A stretch of DNA of 64,000 nt from a virus: positions 1 to 64,000 of the IMG/VR virus record IMGVR_UViG_3300044546_000330. One strand, given 5' to 3'. Under the pieces are notes generated by a model. It was not told where the DNA came from. It did not search any database and saw only the letters and a list, made by a program, of their open reading frames with translations. A program made the position numbers and the translations under genes. This document shows, piece by piece, positions 38,601 through 46,823 of this stretch (position 1 is the first letter of the stretch; each line of letters begins with the position of its first letter).

Positions 38601-41600
38601 GTAAAGACTGTCCTTAGCTTCTTCTTTTAAAGAAGTATTAAACGCTGCTACAAGCATCCTCTCATCTACGTTTGTAGTTGCTATTTCCTTTACCAAGTCT
38701 TCATCACTATTCTTTTCTTTCTTTTCAAGAGCACTAGCAGCTTTCCACTTTGCTGTGTAGTCTCTAGCTAGTCCTTCTATAATAGTAGCTTGTAGATTAG
38801 CATTGTACTCTTCACTCAAGGAGTCATTTCCTTTTCTATACTCTCTAGTGTAATCGTTTAAGATCTCTTGTACAGATAATGCTGTTTGAAAGTTTTTACT
38901 TAAACCCAGGTTTGGCTCTTTCTCCTTAACCTGGTGTATCATATTCATAGCAACAAAGGCAGGATAAGTAGCCAAAGTAATATTTAAGTTATCTAGATCT
39001 CTGTTGTTAGCATTATCTACGGCGCCTGACTGATCTATGGTAATGTTATCGTGTTTTGAGTACCAAGTAGACATGTCATCAGTAGAGTCTTCTCCTCTTG
39101 AGATTGCTTCTCCCGCTAAGTGAGAAAGTCTAAGACCGTTTAATTCTAGCGGTCTAGGGTTTTCATGCACCATACCTTCTTTATCTGTATAGTAGTTTCC
39201 TAACTTTATTTCTCGTCCTTGCGTAGCAAACTTTTGTAAGTTAGCTTCTTGGGTTGAAGCTAAGGAAGTAGCGCCCACCAAAGACTTAGCATCTTTTGCA
39301 GATTGGAAAGTTTTTAATTGAGTGATAGCAGAAAAGTAAGTATGTGCCCCTGTAACTCCGCGAGCAAACTTCTTGTTAGCTTTAGCCAAGTCAGTCTTAT
39401 CCAACTTAGAAAAAACTTTAGCGTACATATCCTTGTGGGTAAGTATTCCCCAGTGGATATTAAAGTAATCCTTTTGTAAAGTGTCTGTTGTTTCTTTTTC
39501 CCCACTTGTCACTTCCATGAACGAGTTAGTCTCTGGGTTATGCCAGTAAGGTCTTTGATAAGTGTACAACTTATCCACGTCAAAGTCAGATCCCATCTGT
39601 CCTGTAATGGCTCCAGGTACTATCATCAGATCTCCCATCCATTCAGGAGTAAAACCTACTATCTCAATAGGTATCATAGAGTTGTGGCCCTGATTAGGGA
39701 TACGCGCGCCTACAAGTTGTAATAGTTCCTTAGGTACACGGGCCATGTCCAACTGGTTAGTACCTTCTATAAGGTAATCAGATACTTTCTGTTTAACGCC
39801 GTTGATGTGAAAGTTAAAAGGAGCTATGACTTGGGCCGGCAACACGTTACCATTCTCGTCCTTAGACATGTGTCTTAGAGGTTCATCAAGATTGTAGTCT
39901 CCTATTGTCACTATTCCTTTACGGTCTGCAGCTGAAAGACTTGCTAGTCTTCGCATACCTATACTAGAAGCCTGTACATAAGACTTACCAGGCATCTTAA
40001 ACTCCGTTACTTTCTTCACTTGAGCAAGTAATAACTTCTCAAATCTTTCTACTGCGCTATGAAAGAATAGCGGGTAAGCCATGTAATCTTTCTGTACTTC
40101 AACAGGGTTGCCCTTACTGTCAATCTTTGTTTCAGTTTCAGAGAGTATACCTTCTAGCAAAGCTATATCGTTAGGAGGAAACTCTCCTGCACGGGCAGCG
40201 TCTACTAGAAGTTCTATTACTTTCTTAGGTTCAATTTGTTCTGTTGCGTTTTTAATTCCAAGTTTAGAGTACAAGTCTTTAAGGTTTCTAGTAGCCATAG
40301 CTATTCGAATAGCTTCTTTACGTTGTCTTACTTCTTGCCCTGAATAAGTTTTACCAGAATCGTCGATAGTAAAGTTTGACATCTCTAATATTCCTTCTAC
40401 TATTAACTTGTCCATCTGAGTAACTACACCGATCTTAGTCTTGCTTTCATCGTACGGAACCTCTTGCTGAATACGGAAGTTTGCTCTGTCCAGTTGTCTT
40501 GTACTTCTAACTAAGGCGTCTTTGTCAGGCGAAACAAACTTGTTGTCCTCGTCAAAAAGTTTAACAAGTTTTGGATTATTACCCAGTTTACTACCTGATT
40601 TAAAAGAACATCTTTGGTACAATTCTTTTCCGTCAGTAGTCTCGTGCCCTGGAAGTTTACCTTCCATTAGTAATCTTAGCTTGTCTAGTTCCGTATCTTT
40701 TGTGTACTCTTTAAACAAAGGAAAAGACATAGTCTTAAGATAGTCATAAAAGATTAAACCATTTTCATAACGTGCCCCAGCGTATACCGGCTTCATAGCA
40801 CCCATAGGTTCGATCATCTGTTGCAATTGCTCGTCACTAAAGTCTCCGTCTTTGTCTAAGACTTCTATAAGTTCGTTGTATAGTTTTTCTTCTATTTTTC
40901 CAGCCTTATACATTACATTTAAGTGCTCTCTTACAGTTGTTAACTCTTGGGCATCTGTAGCTTCTGAAGACTGTACATTACTACCAAACTTAGCTGCGTA
41001 CCCATAAGTCATTGTCACGTCAGTAATAGTTAGGTGAGAGTACAAAGGATTTTCAAACTCTAGTTGTTGTCCCGGAGCAATGTCTTTTGCTAGACGTTTA
41101 GAATAGAAAGCCAAAGTCTTTTCTTCATTACCCTTCCATGCATTAGCTGGGTCTCCCATAAACATAACTACTGAAGAGGCGTTCCATAGTACTGAATTAA
41201 GAGCGTACTCATACGCAGTTCTTCTAAGTATTTCCTCGTTCTTAGTCTTTCCCTTTAGGTCTTTGTAGTTCTTTTTCTGGTACTTGGTATCTATAAGAGT
41301 ATGATCAATACCGTTGTCCTTAAAGTACTGCACAGCTTCGTCACCTATTTGTGTAAGGTACTCGGCTATTCTTTCTTTTACAAAGCTTTGTACGCCGGCA
41401 TCTAAAGAAGAAGCAACATTGCCTTGCTCGTCAAAAAGAAACATACTATTTTTACCTAAAGACTCTTTGTTTAAAGTAGGGAATAGTATAAAGCGTTCAC
41501 CTCCATCGTCCATTGCTTCTGAACCTGCAGTACCTTGATTTCTTTTTAACTCTTGTACTCTCTTAATACGAAGCCATTCTCCCTCGAACAGAGTGTACAC

Positions 41601-44600
41601 TGCGTTTACTATCTCAGGGGTTAGGTTACCATCTTTCCCTATAGCTTGTACTCTAGGTATGTTGCTAAAGACAGGAGTTGTAGTCTTATCTGAGTGGGCC
41701 ATAGAGATCATGTGCATCAACTTGTGACCCTGGTTTGTAAACATGTTTACTGCTACCAGTAGTTGTTCACGGTCAGACATGTTAGGACGTACTCTACCAA
41801 GTAAAGCATTGTCCATGTTCAGCCCTTCCAAGTAAGACAGGTTAAACTTATTGACATCTAGTTTGCCCATGTAATAAGTACCGCCCCACACACTTTCCTG
41901 TATAGATGTAAAGACTCCGTCTTTGTTAGTCTTAAAAGAACTTACTATGTTAGACAAAGCGCTCGGGTACGAGTAGTCCCAGTTCTGTTTACCCTCTATA
42001 GTAGTGTGTACTGAGTTAAATAGCTTCTCACTATACCTTGATGTAAAACTTGCAAGAACTCCCATAGTCTTTTCTTCTAAGTAGATAGGGTTATTTTCTT
42101 TTACTAAGTTCTCCAACTCTTCTGTTACACTCTCATCTAACTCAGCCCCGTAAGTAACGCCGGCCGCTCTGTTAAAGAAGGCAGAGAATATACCGTTAGA
42201 CTTACCGTTTGTAGTATTAGTAAACTGGCCAAGCCAGTCTGTACTCATTTCCTTATGAGCCATTGACGAAGTAATAAAGTCTACTCTTTGACCATTCTTG
42301 TAATAGTACCCAGCCATGTCATTAAGTACAGGCGTGGACAACTGTATCCCGTGGGCAGCGAACATTCTTTTTAACAGAGCTTTTTGTGTAGCACGTTGTT
42401 GATCTCTTGGAACTCTTGCCTCGCTTGTTTCTTCTTTTATAAGAGCGTCTACTAGATTAATCTGTGCTTCAGGGGATGTATTACCTATAAACAATCTTGC
42501 TGCAGGGTTAGAGATTGCTAAGTCGTTTAAGTACAAGTGTAGCTTTACTGTTAAGTCAAGTACTTCGTTAGGGTTTCTAAAGTCTACTCGTTGGAATAGT
42601 TGCATCATATTAATTACCCCAAGATGATGACGAGCTTGTTCTACGTCAAGTACCTTTTCCCCTGTCTCTCTAACCTTTATCATAGGAGAGACCATCTGTG
42701 CATCTGTCCAAGCTTTTACAATAGTTTGATTCTGTGAATATCGTTGTGCGTTTATGACGCGAGTAGTAAGAAAGTCTTTTCCTCCGTCTGATCCTGAGTC
42801 TGCTCTTAGTACTAGGAATTTGTTATACTGCATACGCATAACCTTAATAAACTCTTTTTGGTTTCGAACGCTAGTCTTTTCTAATCTGTCAGCAAACTCT
42901 TCTAAGTTGGCATCTCTTTGAGAACGTAGAATTGCCAACGCTTCTTCCATACGTAAGTTAGGGATGTCAGCTAAAAGGCCTTGTACATTTTCGTACATAG
43001 TGTCAAACTGAATAAGAGTAGGAATACCAAACTGAGTTTTAGCTGGCAATCGTTTCATCTTACTTCTTAAGGCTGCTTCAAGTTCTGGACCTGTGTACTC
43101 ACTGTGGTACACTACCTTGTTGTTCATCTGCCTAGCCTGTGCAACTGTAAGTGTATCAGGATTGATGTGAGAAATGTCCATTGCGTCAGGCAAGATAGAC
43201 ATGTCTGCCAACTTGTTAACTCCTATGATGTCAAAGTGCTCACGTTCTCCTTGCCCTGCCATAAAGATTTTAAGACGTGCAGTAGCTGAGGATTTGCTAT
43301 TCTTTTCAAAGGAACTATCTTGCCACCCTTTTACAACTTCAGTACGTGTATCCTCTACATTAAACTGAACGTCATCTAAGTTATCTGAGATGTAGTCCTG
43401 TATTTCTTTTTCGTAATCTGTACTCTCCTCAATATTGATTGTCATACCTTCATCTACTTTAACAAAGGTTGGATCTGTTTTCTTAAGGTTGAAGTAAGTC
43501 TTTAGTTTGCTTCGATCAGCAATGTCTATCTTGTACCCAAGTACTGCAAGGTTTTCTAGTACTGAATCAATGAAGGATAACTTGGGGTCAGTGCCATTAA
43601 AAGCAAACGAGTTTACAACGTCTTTCCACATATTACCCATTTCAGTGTTCTCTAAAGCCATACGCTTAGATTCTTTGAGTAACTGTCCGAACAAGTGAGG
43701 TACAGAAATGTTACCGTTTGCCTGATTGTACATTAGATAGAACGTACTAGTAAGTGCGTTAATTAAACCAAGCTGAGCTTCTTTACCGTGCTTCTTGGCA
43801 AAGTAGTCTTCTACTTTACCGTTTTGATCAGTTATACAGATTTCCATCTTAGCACTCATCTTTGCCATCTCAGTTTGATCCAGTCTCCAGGCAAGTCTTG
43901 AATTCTTAAACTCATTTATCTTATCTGTAAAGACCATCAATAGTCTTTCTGTGTTGTTGTTCATCTCAAACAAGAAAGCCGGTGGTAGTTTTAAGTTAGG
44001 AGGAAAGTCATCTCCCATCTTAGTACGAAGATCATCTAGCATTTGAGCGTACTCAGAAGGTTTGATACCTCTTGAGTCTGGCCAATTGTTTACTCGTGGG
44101 TTTTCCCAAGGCACAGTAAAGAGTTGATCAGGTTCGGCAACTGCTGCAGCTACTATCTCTCTTTCTAAAAGTTCTCTTGCTTCCTTTATGTTTTCGTTGG
44201 TAAGGTTCTTTCTGCTTATAGGGTTAGGTGCCTCAGGCATTCTGAGCATAGTTATGCCTGGAACTGCTGTGGATGTTTGAACGGGTTTACTTTCTGCAGT
44301 ACTTTGTAGAGTATTCTGGTATATGTCTCTTATGGCTTGCACAGATTCTGGCGTCATAGTACCGTTATCTTGCCTACTACCTATACCTGCAAAGTTCTTA
44401 TGAAGTGTTGGTACACCTGTTTGTTCGAATGTAGTACCATTCCACTTGTACCATTCATTTGTTTTAGTGTCAAAGACTACAACTTCTTTTCCGTTGGCTA
44501 TCCCCATCTCAACAGCGTAACCAGTTCCACCATCTACAGTAGTACGTACAGCTTTAGAAGTATACCCTTTACTGTTTTTTTCCCCAGGTTGAATAAGTGG

Positions 44601-46817
44601 GGCTATAGCGACTACTTGTGTACTGTTTTTAACTTGATACCAGTTTCGTCCAAGTAAGTTTGCAAACTTGTCGTTCCAAGGTCTACCAAGTACTTTAGCA
44701 GCTGCCTTAGCGTGTACTACTCCTTCAGCAAGTTGAGCATCCGTAAGTTGTACGTTTCCACCGGGTGTTTTAGCATTGGCCCAGTAGTGGTTATGATTTG
44801 TAAAGCCAAACTCTCTCCCTATTGTGTCCCACATCATGTCAGCTCCAATGGCCCCGCCTGAATGGTTTGTAAACTGTGTAGGGTCTACCTTAATTCTTTC
44901 CGGAGTACTAATAGTAGGTATCTCAACAAGCTCTGTTAAGTACTCTATAAGGTCTTGCACAATCTTTAGTTGGTTTGCCTTTAAAGATGCTTGGTTAATA
45001 CTTTTAAAGTTTTTTAGTTGTTCTTCTCTACTTTTTTTTACCCAGTATTTATCATAGGTTACAGGCAGTTCCGCAGTATAGATACTGTCTATAACTTCTT
45101 CCAACTTAGCAACTCTTGTGCTGTCAGGGGACTGTGCACCAGCGTCTAGTGCAAGTGCTCCTTTACCGACAAACTCTTTAAATCCTTCTATATCTTGTTG
45201 AGTTCCTAGTATGTGCGTTTGCTCACTGTCTTTAACTGAGTAGATTTTCTCTCCACTCATTATTTCATTTACGTAGCCATCCCCGCCTTCAAAGCCTTCC
45301 TTTAAGTTTTTTATATTAAGTAGTACAGAGTGTAAGTATTTACCGTACTGAGTATTACCTGGTGTTTTAGAAAAGTCAAATACTCCTCCAGTTTCCTTGT
45401 TTAATCTATTATTATCAAAGTTATCAAACTGTATGTCACTTCTATGATAAACAATATCCTTTATTTGACTATCAGGAAATATAGTATCTAAGTATTGAGA
45501 ATACTCTTCTTGTGTACCAATAGAAGCTAGTTCAGGATTAGACTCAAACAGTTCTGTTACTCCTGGTTTAAGCGGGGCTTTTAGTAAGTTACTTTTAACC
45601 CACTCATAAGTAGGCTCTTGCCCCAAAGTATCCACAGGTATAGAATCTATTATTTCCTGGTAAGATTTGGAGGCTTCAGCATTCTCTTTAAAAGTTTCCA
45701 AAATTTCGGCAGCTACAAAGAAAGCTTGATTGTAAAGTGTAGGGTCTGATTTAGTTATATCTAAAGCAGCTAAAATACTGTCTATGATCTCTTCAAGTAA
45801 ATTTGAGTACTTTACAGAATCCAAAGGAGGTAGAGTGCTGAGTAATTGTATGAACTCTGCATCTGTGTACAAGGCCACAAAAAACTCGTCTATGTTAAGC
45901 AGTGCATAGGCTTCAGGCAATACAGACTTGGCATGTTCAAACAGTTTAGTAAAAGACTTGTTTGTTTCCGTATTACTTCTTAGTTGGTTATGAGATATGG
46001 CATGTAAGATTTCATGTATAATAGTAGGCTCGGAACCCCTCCCTCTGAAAGATGCACCTTCTTTTATTTCTATTCGATTCTCTAAAGGTATAAAGACTGC
46101 AGCAGGATTGTTTATTAAGGTTGAGGTTTCTATAGTTTGCACAAGACTTACTCTCACATTGTTTAAAGCGACAAAAGGAATAAGCTTTTCTGCTACTTTA
46201 GAAAGTGGATGATTGCTTTCAACTATCTTTGTCAGTACGGATACACTGTCTGTTTCGTCACCTTCGTTAAAGTACTTCGCTCTTAGGGCAGTGTCAAAAG
46301 TATTGTAACCTTCGTGGGCTTCGTTAAACAGCTTACCCGTTTCTTCGGCAAGTTCTATTTCATGTGCTTGTTCGTCCGGAGTTAACTCCTTCCACATCTT
46401 ATCAAAGTTTGCTGCGTAGTTTAAGTCGAGGGTAGACTTATCAGATAGTTTAGGTTTCTTTACATATACTACAAACCTGTTTTCTGCAAGTTGGAACGGC
46501 TTGTTTACAAAGTCTTTTCCGTGCTCTCTTACTTGTCTTTCATAGACTAATTGAGCTTCTGCCAAGTTATTACGTTCAAACTTTCCTCTAGTTCTTTCCC
46601 AAAGGTTTACAGCTCTTGTATAAGCTACTTTGTCGTCAGATCCAAAAGTAGCTGCCAGTGCTCCGCCCGTAACAAAGTCTCCGTGCTTGGTAGCAAACTC
46701 ATCAGAATAGATATGAGACATTACCCGGTCTCTTATTTCTTGACCATGATTTTCTAGTAATAAGTCAGCAAGTACAGACTTTTTTCCATTGTAAGACGTA
46801 TAGCAGTTTGAACTCAT
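32676..46817 (-). CDS. giant virion-packaged RNA polymerase polyprotein (crAss-like), with zincin, ART-like and SLOG domains
   Basis: 4713 aa. RIPNQ...GSDFDVDKL catalytic motif (39573-39587); HEILH (46002-46016) and HENLH (36996-37010); SGGAIGAD...GGTGYAV...FAGIGSR. Confidence 0.9.
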   Translation of the reverse strand: MSSNCYTSYNGKKSVLADLLLENHGQEIRDRVMSHIYSDEFATKHGDFVTGGALAATFGSDDKVAYTRAVNLWERTRGKFERNNLAEAQLVYERQVREHGKDFVNKPFQLAENRFVVYVKKPKLSDKSTLDLNYAANFDKMWKELTPDEQAHEIELAEETGKLFNEAHEGYNTFDTALRAKYFNEGDETDSVSVLTKIVESNHPLSKVAEKLIPFVALNNVRVSLVQTIETSTLINNPAAVFIPLENRIEIKEGASFRGRGSEPTIIHEILHAISHNQLRSNTETNKSFTKLFEHAKSVLPEAYALLNIDEFFVALYTDAEFIQLLSTLPPLDSVKYSNLLEEIIDSILAALDITKSDPTLYNQAFFVAAEILETFKENAEASKSYQEIIDSIPVDTLGQEPTYEWVKSNLLKAPLKPGVTELFESNPELASIGTQEEYSQYLDTIFPDSQIKDIVYHRSDIQFDNFDNNRLNKETGGVFDFSKTPGNTQYGKYLHSVLLNIKNLKEGFEGGDGYVNEIMSGEKIYSVKDSEQTHILGTQQDIEGFKEFVGKGALALDAGAQSPDSTRVAKLEEVIDSIYTAELPVTYDKYWVKKSREEQLKNFKSINQASLKANQLKIVQDLIEYLTELVEIPTISTPERIKVDPTQFTNHSGGAIGADMMWDTIGREFGFTNHNHYWANAKTPGGNVQLTDAQLAEGVVHAKAAAKVLGRPWNDKFANLLGRNWYQVKNSTQVVAIAPLIQPGEKNSKGYTSKAVRTTVDGGTGYAVEMGIANGKEVVVFDTKTNEWYKWNGTTFEQTGVPTLHKNFAGIGSRQDNGTMTPESVQAIRDIYQNTLQSTAESKPVQTSTAVPGITMLRMPEAPNPISRKNLTNENIKEARELLEREIVAAAVAEPDQLFTVPWENPRVNNWPDSRGIKPSEYAQMLDDLRTKMGDDFPPNLKLPPAFLFEMNNNTERLLMVFTDKINEFKNSRLAWRLDQTEMAKMSAKMEICITDQNGKVEDYFAKKHGKEAQLGLINALTSTFYLMYNQANGNISVPHLFGQLLKESKRMALENTEMGNMWKDVVNSFAFNGTDPKLSFIDSVLENLAVLGYKIDIADRSKLKTYFNLKKTDPTFVKVDEGMTINIEESTDYEKEIQDYISDNLDDVQFNVEDTRTEVVKGWQDSSFEKNSKSSATARLKIFMAGQGEREHFDIIGVNKLADMSILPDAMDISHINPDTLTVAQARQMNNKVVYHSEYTGPELEAALRSKMKRLPAKTQFGIPTLIQFDTMYENVQGLLADIPNLRMEEALAILRSQRDANLEEFADRLEKTSVRNQKEFIKVMRMQYNKFLVLRADSGSDGGKDFLTTRVINAQRYSQNQTIVKAWTDAQMVSPMIKVRETGEKVLDVEQARHHLGVINMMQLFQRVDFRNPNEVLDLTVKLHLYLNDLAISNPAARLFIGNTSPEAQINLVDALIKEETSEARVPRDQQRATQKALLKRMFAAHGIQLSTPVLNDMAGYYYKNGQRVDFITSSMAHKEMSTDWLGQFTNTTNGKSNGIFSAFFNRAAGVTYGAELDESVTEELENLVKENNPIYLEEKTMGVLASFTSRYSEKLFNSVHTTIEGKQNWDYSYPSALSNIVSSFKTNKDGVFTSIQESVWGGTYYMGKLDVNKFNLSYLEGLNMDNALLGRVRPNMSDREQLLVAVNMFTNQGHKLMHMISMAHSDKTTTPVFSNIPRVQAIGKDGNLTPEIVNAVYTLFEGEWLRIKRVQELKRNQGTAGSEAMDDGGERFILFPTLNKESLGKNSMFLFDEQGNVASSLDAGVQSFVKERIAEYLTQIGDEAVQYFKDNGIDHTLIDTKYQKKNYKDLKGKTKNEEILRRTAYEYALNSVLWNASSVVMFMGDPANAWKGNEEKTLAFYSKRLAKDIAPGQQLEFENPLYSHLTITDVTMTYGYAAKFGSNVQSSEATDAQELTTVREHLNVMYKAGKIEEKLYNELIEVLDKDGDFSDEQLQQMIEPMGAMKPVYAGARYENGLIFYDYLKTMSFPLFKEYTKDTELDKLRLLMEGKLPGHETTDGKELYQRCSFKSGSKLGNNPKLVKLFDEDNKFVSPDKDALVRSTRQLDRANFRIQQEVPYDESKTKIGVVTQMDKLIVEGILEMSNFTIDDSGKTYSGQEVRQRKEAIRIAMATRNLKDLYSKLGIKNATEQIEPKKVIELLVDAARAGEFPPNDIALLEGILSETETKIDSKGNPVEVQKDYMAYPLFFHSAVERFEKLLLAQVKKVTEFKMPGKSYVQASSIGMRRLASLSAADRKGIVTIGDYNLDEPLRHMSKDENGNVLPAQVIAPFNFHINGVKQKVSDYLIEGTNQLDMARVPKELLQLVGARIPNQGHNSMIPIEIVGFTPEWMGDLMIVPGAITGQMGSDFDVDKLYTYQRPYWHNPETNSFMEVTSGEKETTDTLQKDYFNIHWGILTHKDMYAKVFSKLDKTDLAKANKKFARGVTGAHTYFSAITQLKTFQSAKDAKSLVGATSLASTQEANLQKFATQGREIKLGNYYTDKEGMVHENPRPLELNGLRLSHLAGEAISRGEDSTDDMSTWYSKHDNITIDQSGAVDNANNRDLDNLNITLATYPAFVAMNMIHQVKEKEPNLGLSKNFQTALSVQEILNDYTREYRKGNDSLSEEYNANLQATIIEGLARDYTAKWKAASALEKKEKNSDEDLVKEIATTNVDERMLVAAFNTSLKEEAKDSLYYTRQLAVLKKFERLLEIGERIRQLQKTLNQDTNGAGPNLVYLLQQEENHEKLGHTTMGKIFIGEHYLTEPEHQLEQMYQMTIPIAKNLLASVFPVDAISSLMSQVAMQQGKVMSELPLKVQLEVLRNFRSFLISTSPAIAMNSTAERLRLLYNTETNKSLAVRVAEYMKENKTNSLINRISTDIAIVGKGPDFITVHNEKSIRATDNQVIEDFAALIQSSNEVERQLGEDLITYTMLLTPQASSTSLASKLPSGVLLGTDISVNLRLSYEMLQATGKVPAGFIDQLYQHMPKLAIKVDSAVFKDSWAQYEVTGRDYPEIIVFKYGQNANLQVVPGDGEQEYTKYISYRSKQEGRTILYRLREAGGTVTYQRVDTLGQDNHVEYDSKVHEINRSVFPENRAGYKFKEATFERQLDSEVEKRIREGSDPNNALSRWNLHIEGGEEIMNRGLELLSTDPLVPSYLRMLAQSLAESTVSAEELEGRQFLGVNTAQPFSYSPTSPIGSSGNFFLQTNTLNLKPTKDIKLAAETTVHENLHTRSVGFLRSMGWLNKDLWWSKYSKDNPNASKAESDKLFAEYQASAQAFIAKHPDLYRKAIELDKLRQQALAKLKAEMEIAQPGKFEEWSNLLKENKSSLPDDVNIRLMYSLSSMEEFVVQVLTQEDLMQFLNSIESTNKAENWIEKLLDAVTSFFAEVVKALEAKGVQYNSTSILKEAVALSYDLSSLQDHNERALERITTTLDDLFAPPAMLFFTEQEASHMKDIIGTTQSKDVSVEDKGTHLILTVGAEAKSIRTDYVDKVLENMYRTLQVMEGAIDRPARTDEDRQRQAEAKLQYHEVKDDYDQLKESNDLEKVIEIGNKQIQWVKNRLTKGNLHMSEVNVAWEVLDTWNSLSEIYKTGFDTTNEDFKLATSSIEGIARELTNRMVQQGMHTVIATGKEVTNIELTPADLGFNLKEIHILQDQLIYLERDANKLMQMYTTFTQYHVQTAEAEKRDLVSILKRFKELVPDEKAYAQFIQTNDANTVFGLVQELHPDWYQALASNRGYLRHRLSELQSMPTDTPDNVRRKRKLAERAFKKYWKESNKTGIAVPIDKILDLATGELRTDAEAQAVLADFYSKTVEESTKKVIEKAQKDYKKYLEIREIKFEELEAGVETDPAMAAFDPATLSAEDQINWANMTPDEQLVYMANHVKTRIENEKARQKISWESRNSPVSFLNTEPSTSQKEERVYAHNGRFKAWFAPKRLASNLDSKYEKIRANNNLSEAYDILTELSQKFRDYLPATLAESLHENFLPIVGIDQMAAASNFLSNFKTSAVGQKALEKLSVTKDQMDKVRGSKLKVKYAGAAPREETIDAAGNKVKGRVLTEEISHDLPRIFEMFGNMAIHYKNMYPVKEVGDVITRLVKEENNERLKDGKKGLTNLLSLMEYYQDMLVYQKPTEVQGVGTTPVYSANVRENKKLTRELAELVKRVPVLRSKILDEHANTGVNPYDNPNHPLVKELEMVENRVEEIRSKARYIAASKIADVTIGLQQLKSMSYNPLSAVSNFTYGYMAAMIHARGFRVGEDGFTKGNGDFAVEHLKLAFKMMKGNVSRSWLKAFGYEGGDVAKKCAAIIQRVGSIEALIDTAYGKTNLVEEKSNTAQFFHPFAAQKSGDFLTKGSCIIARTLNVPIKVLVDGEEKTIRLFDALNENGEWDAAKYGENKAWSSQDNRSEQTEWNKFTLRARMIQVIIFGAQDKFMPQHIKEDMFGRLLGQFKASWIPEGIKTRWGSDQGYSEVLERNVEGRYRTMLRMPGLGVPMLLQQAFSVMTGTNPLDSGQIWRTVDGERQLVDLQEHEKENMRRNLAGMAYTAFILASYYLLKAALPDDEEMKKRRRLGKDHTAIQRMTINMLYRTYQDLAIYSSPDVFDQLTGNPVPSWSVVRDALAVPKAWYKFSTDEGYHWDKAVLKTTKALPIVNNVNKLNQYATTDLSSAVR

Positions 46818-46823
46818 ATTGTG

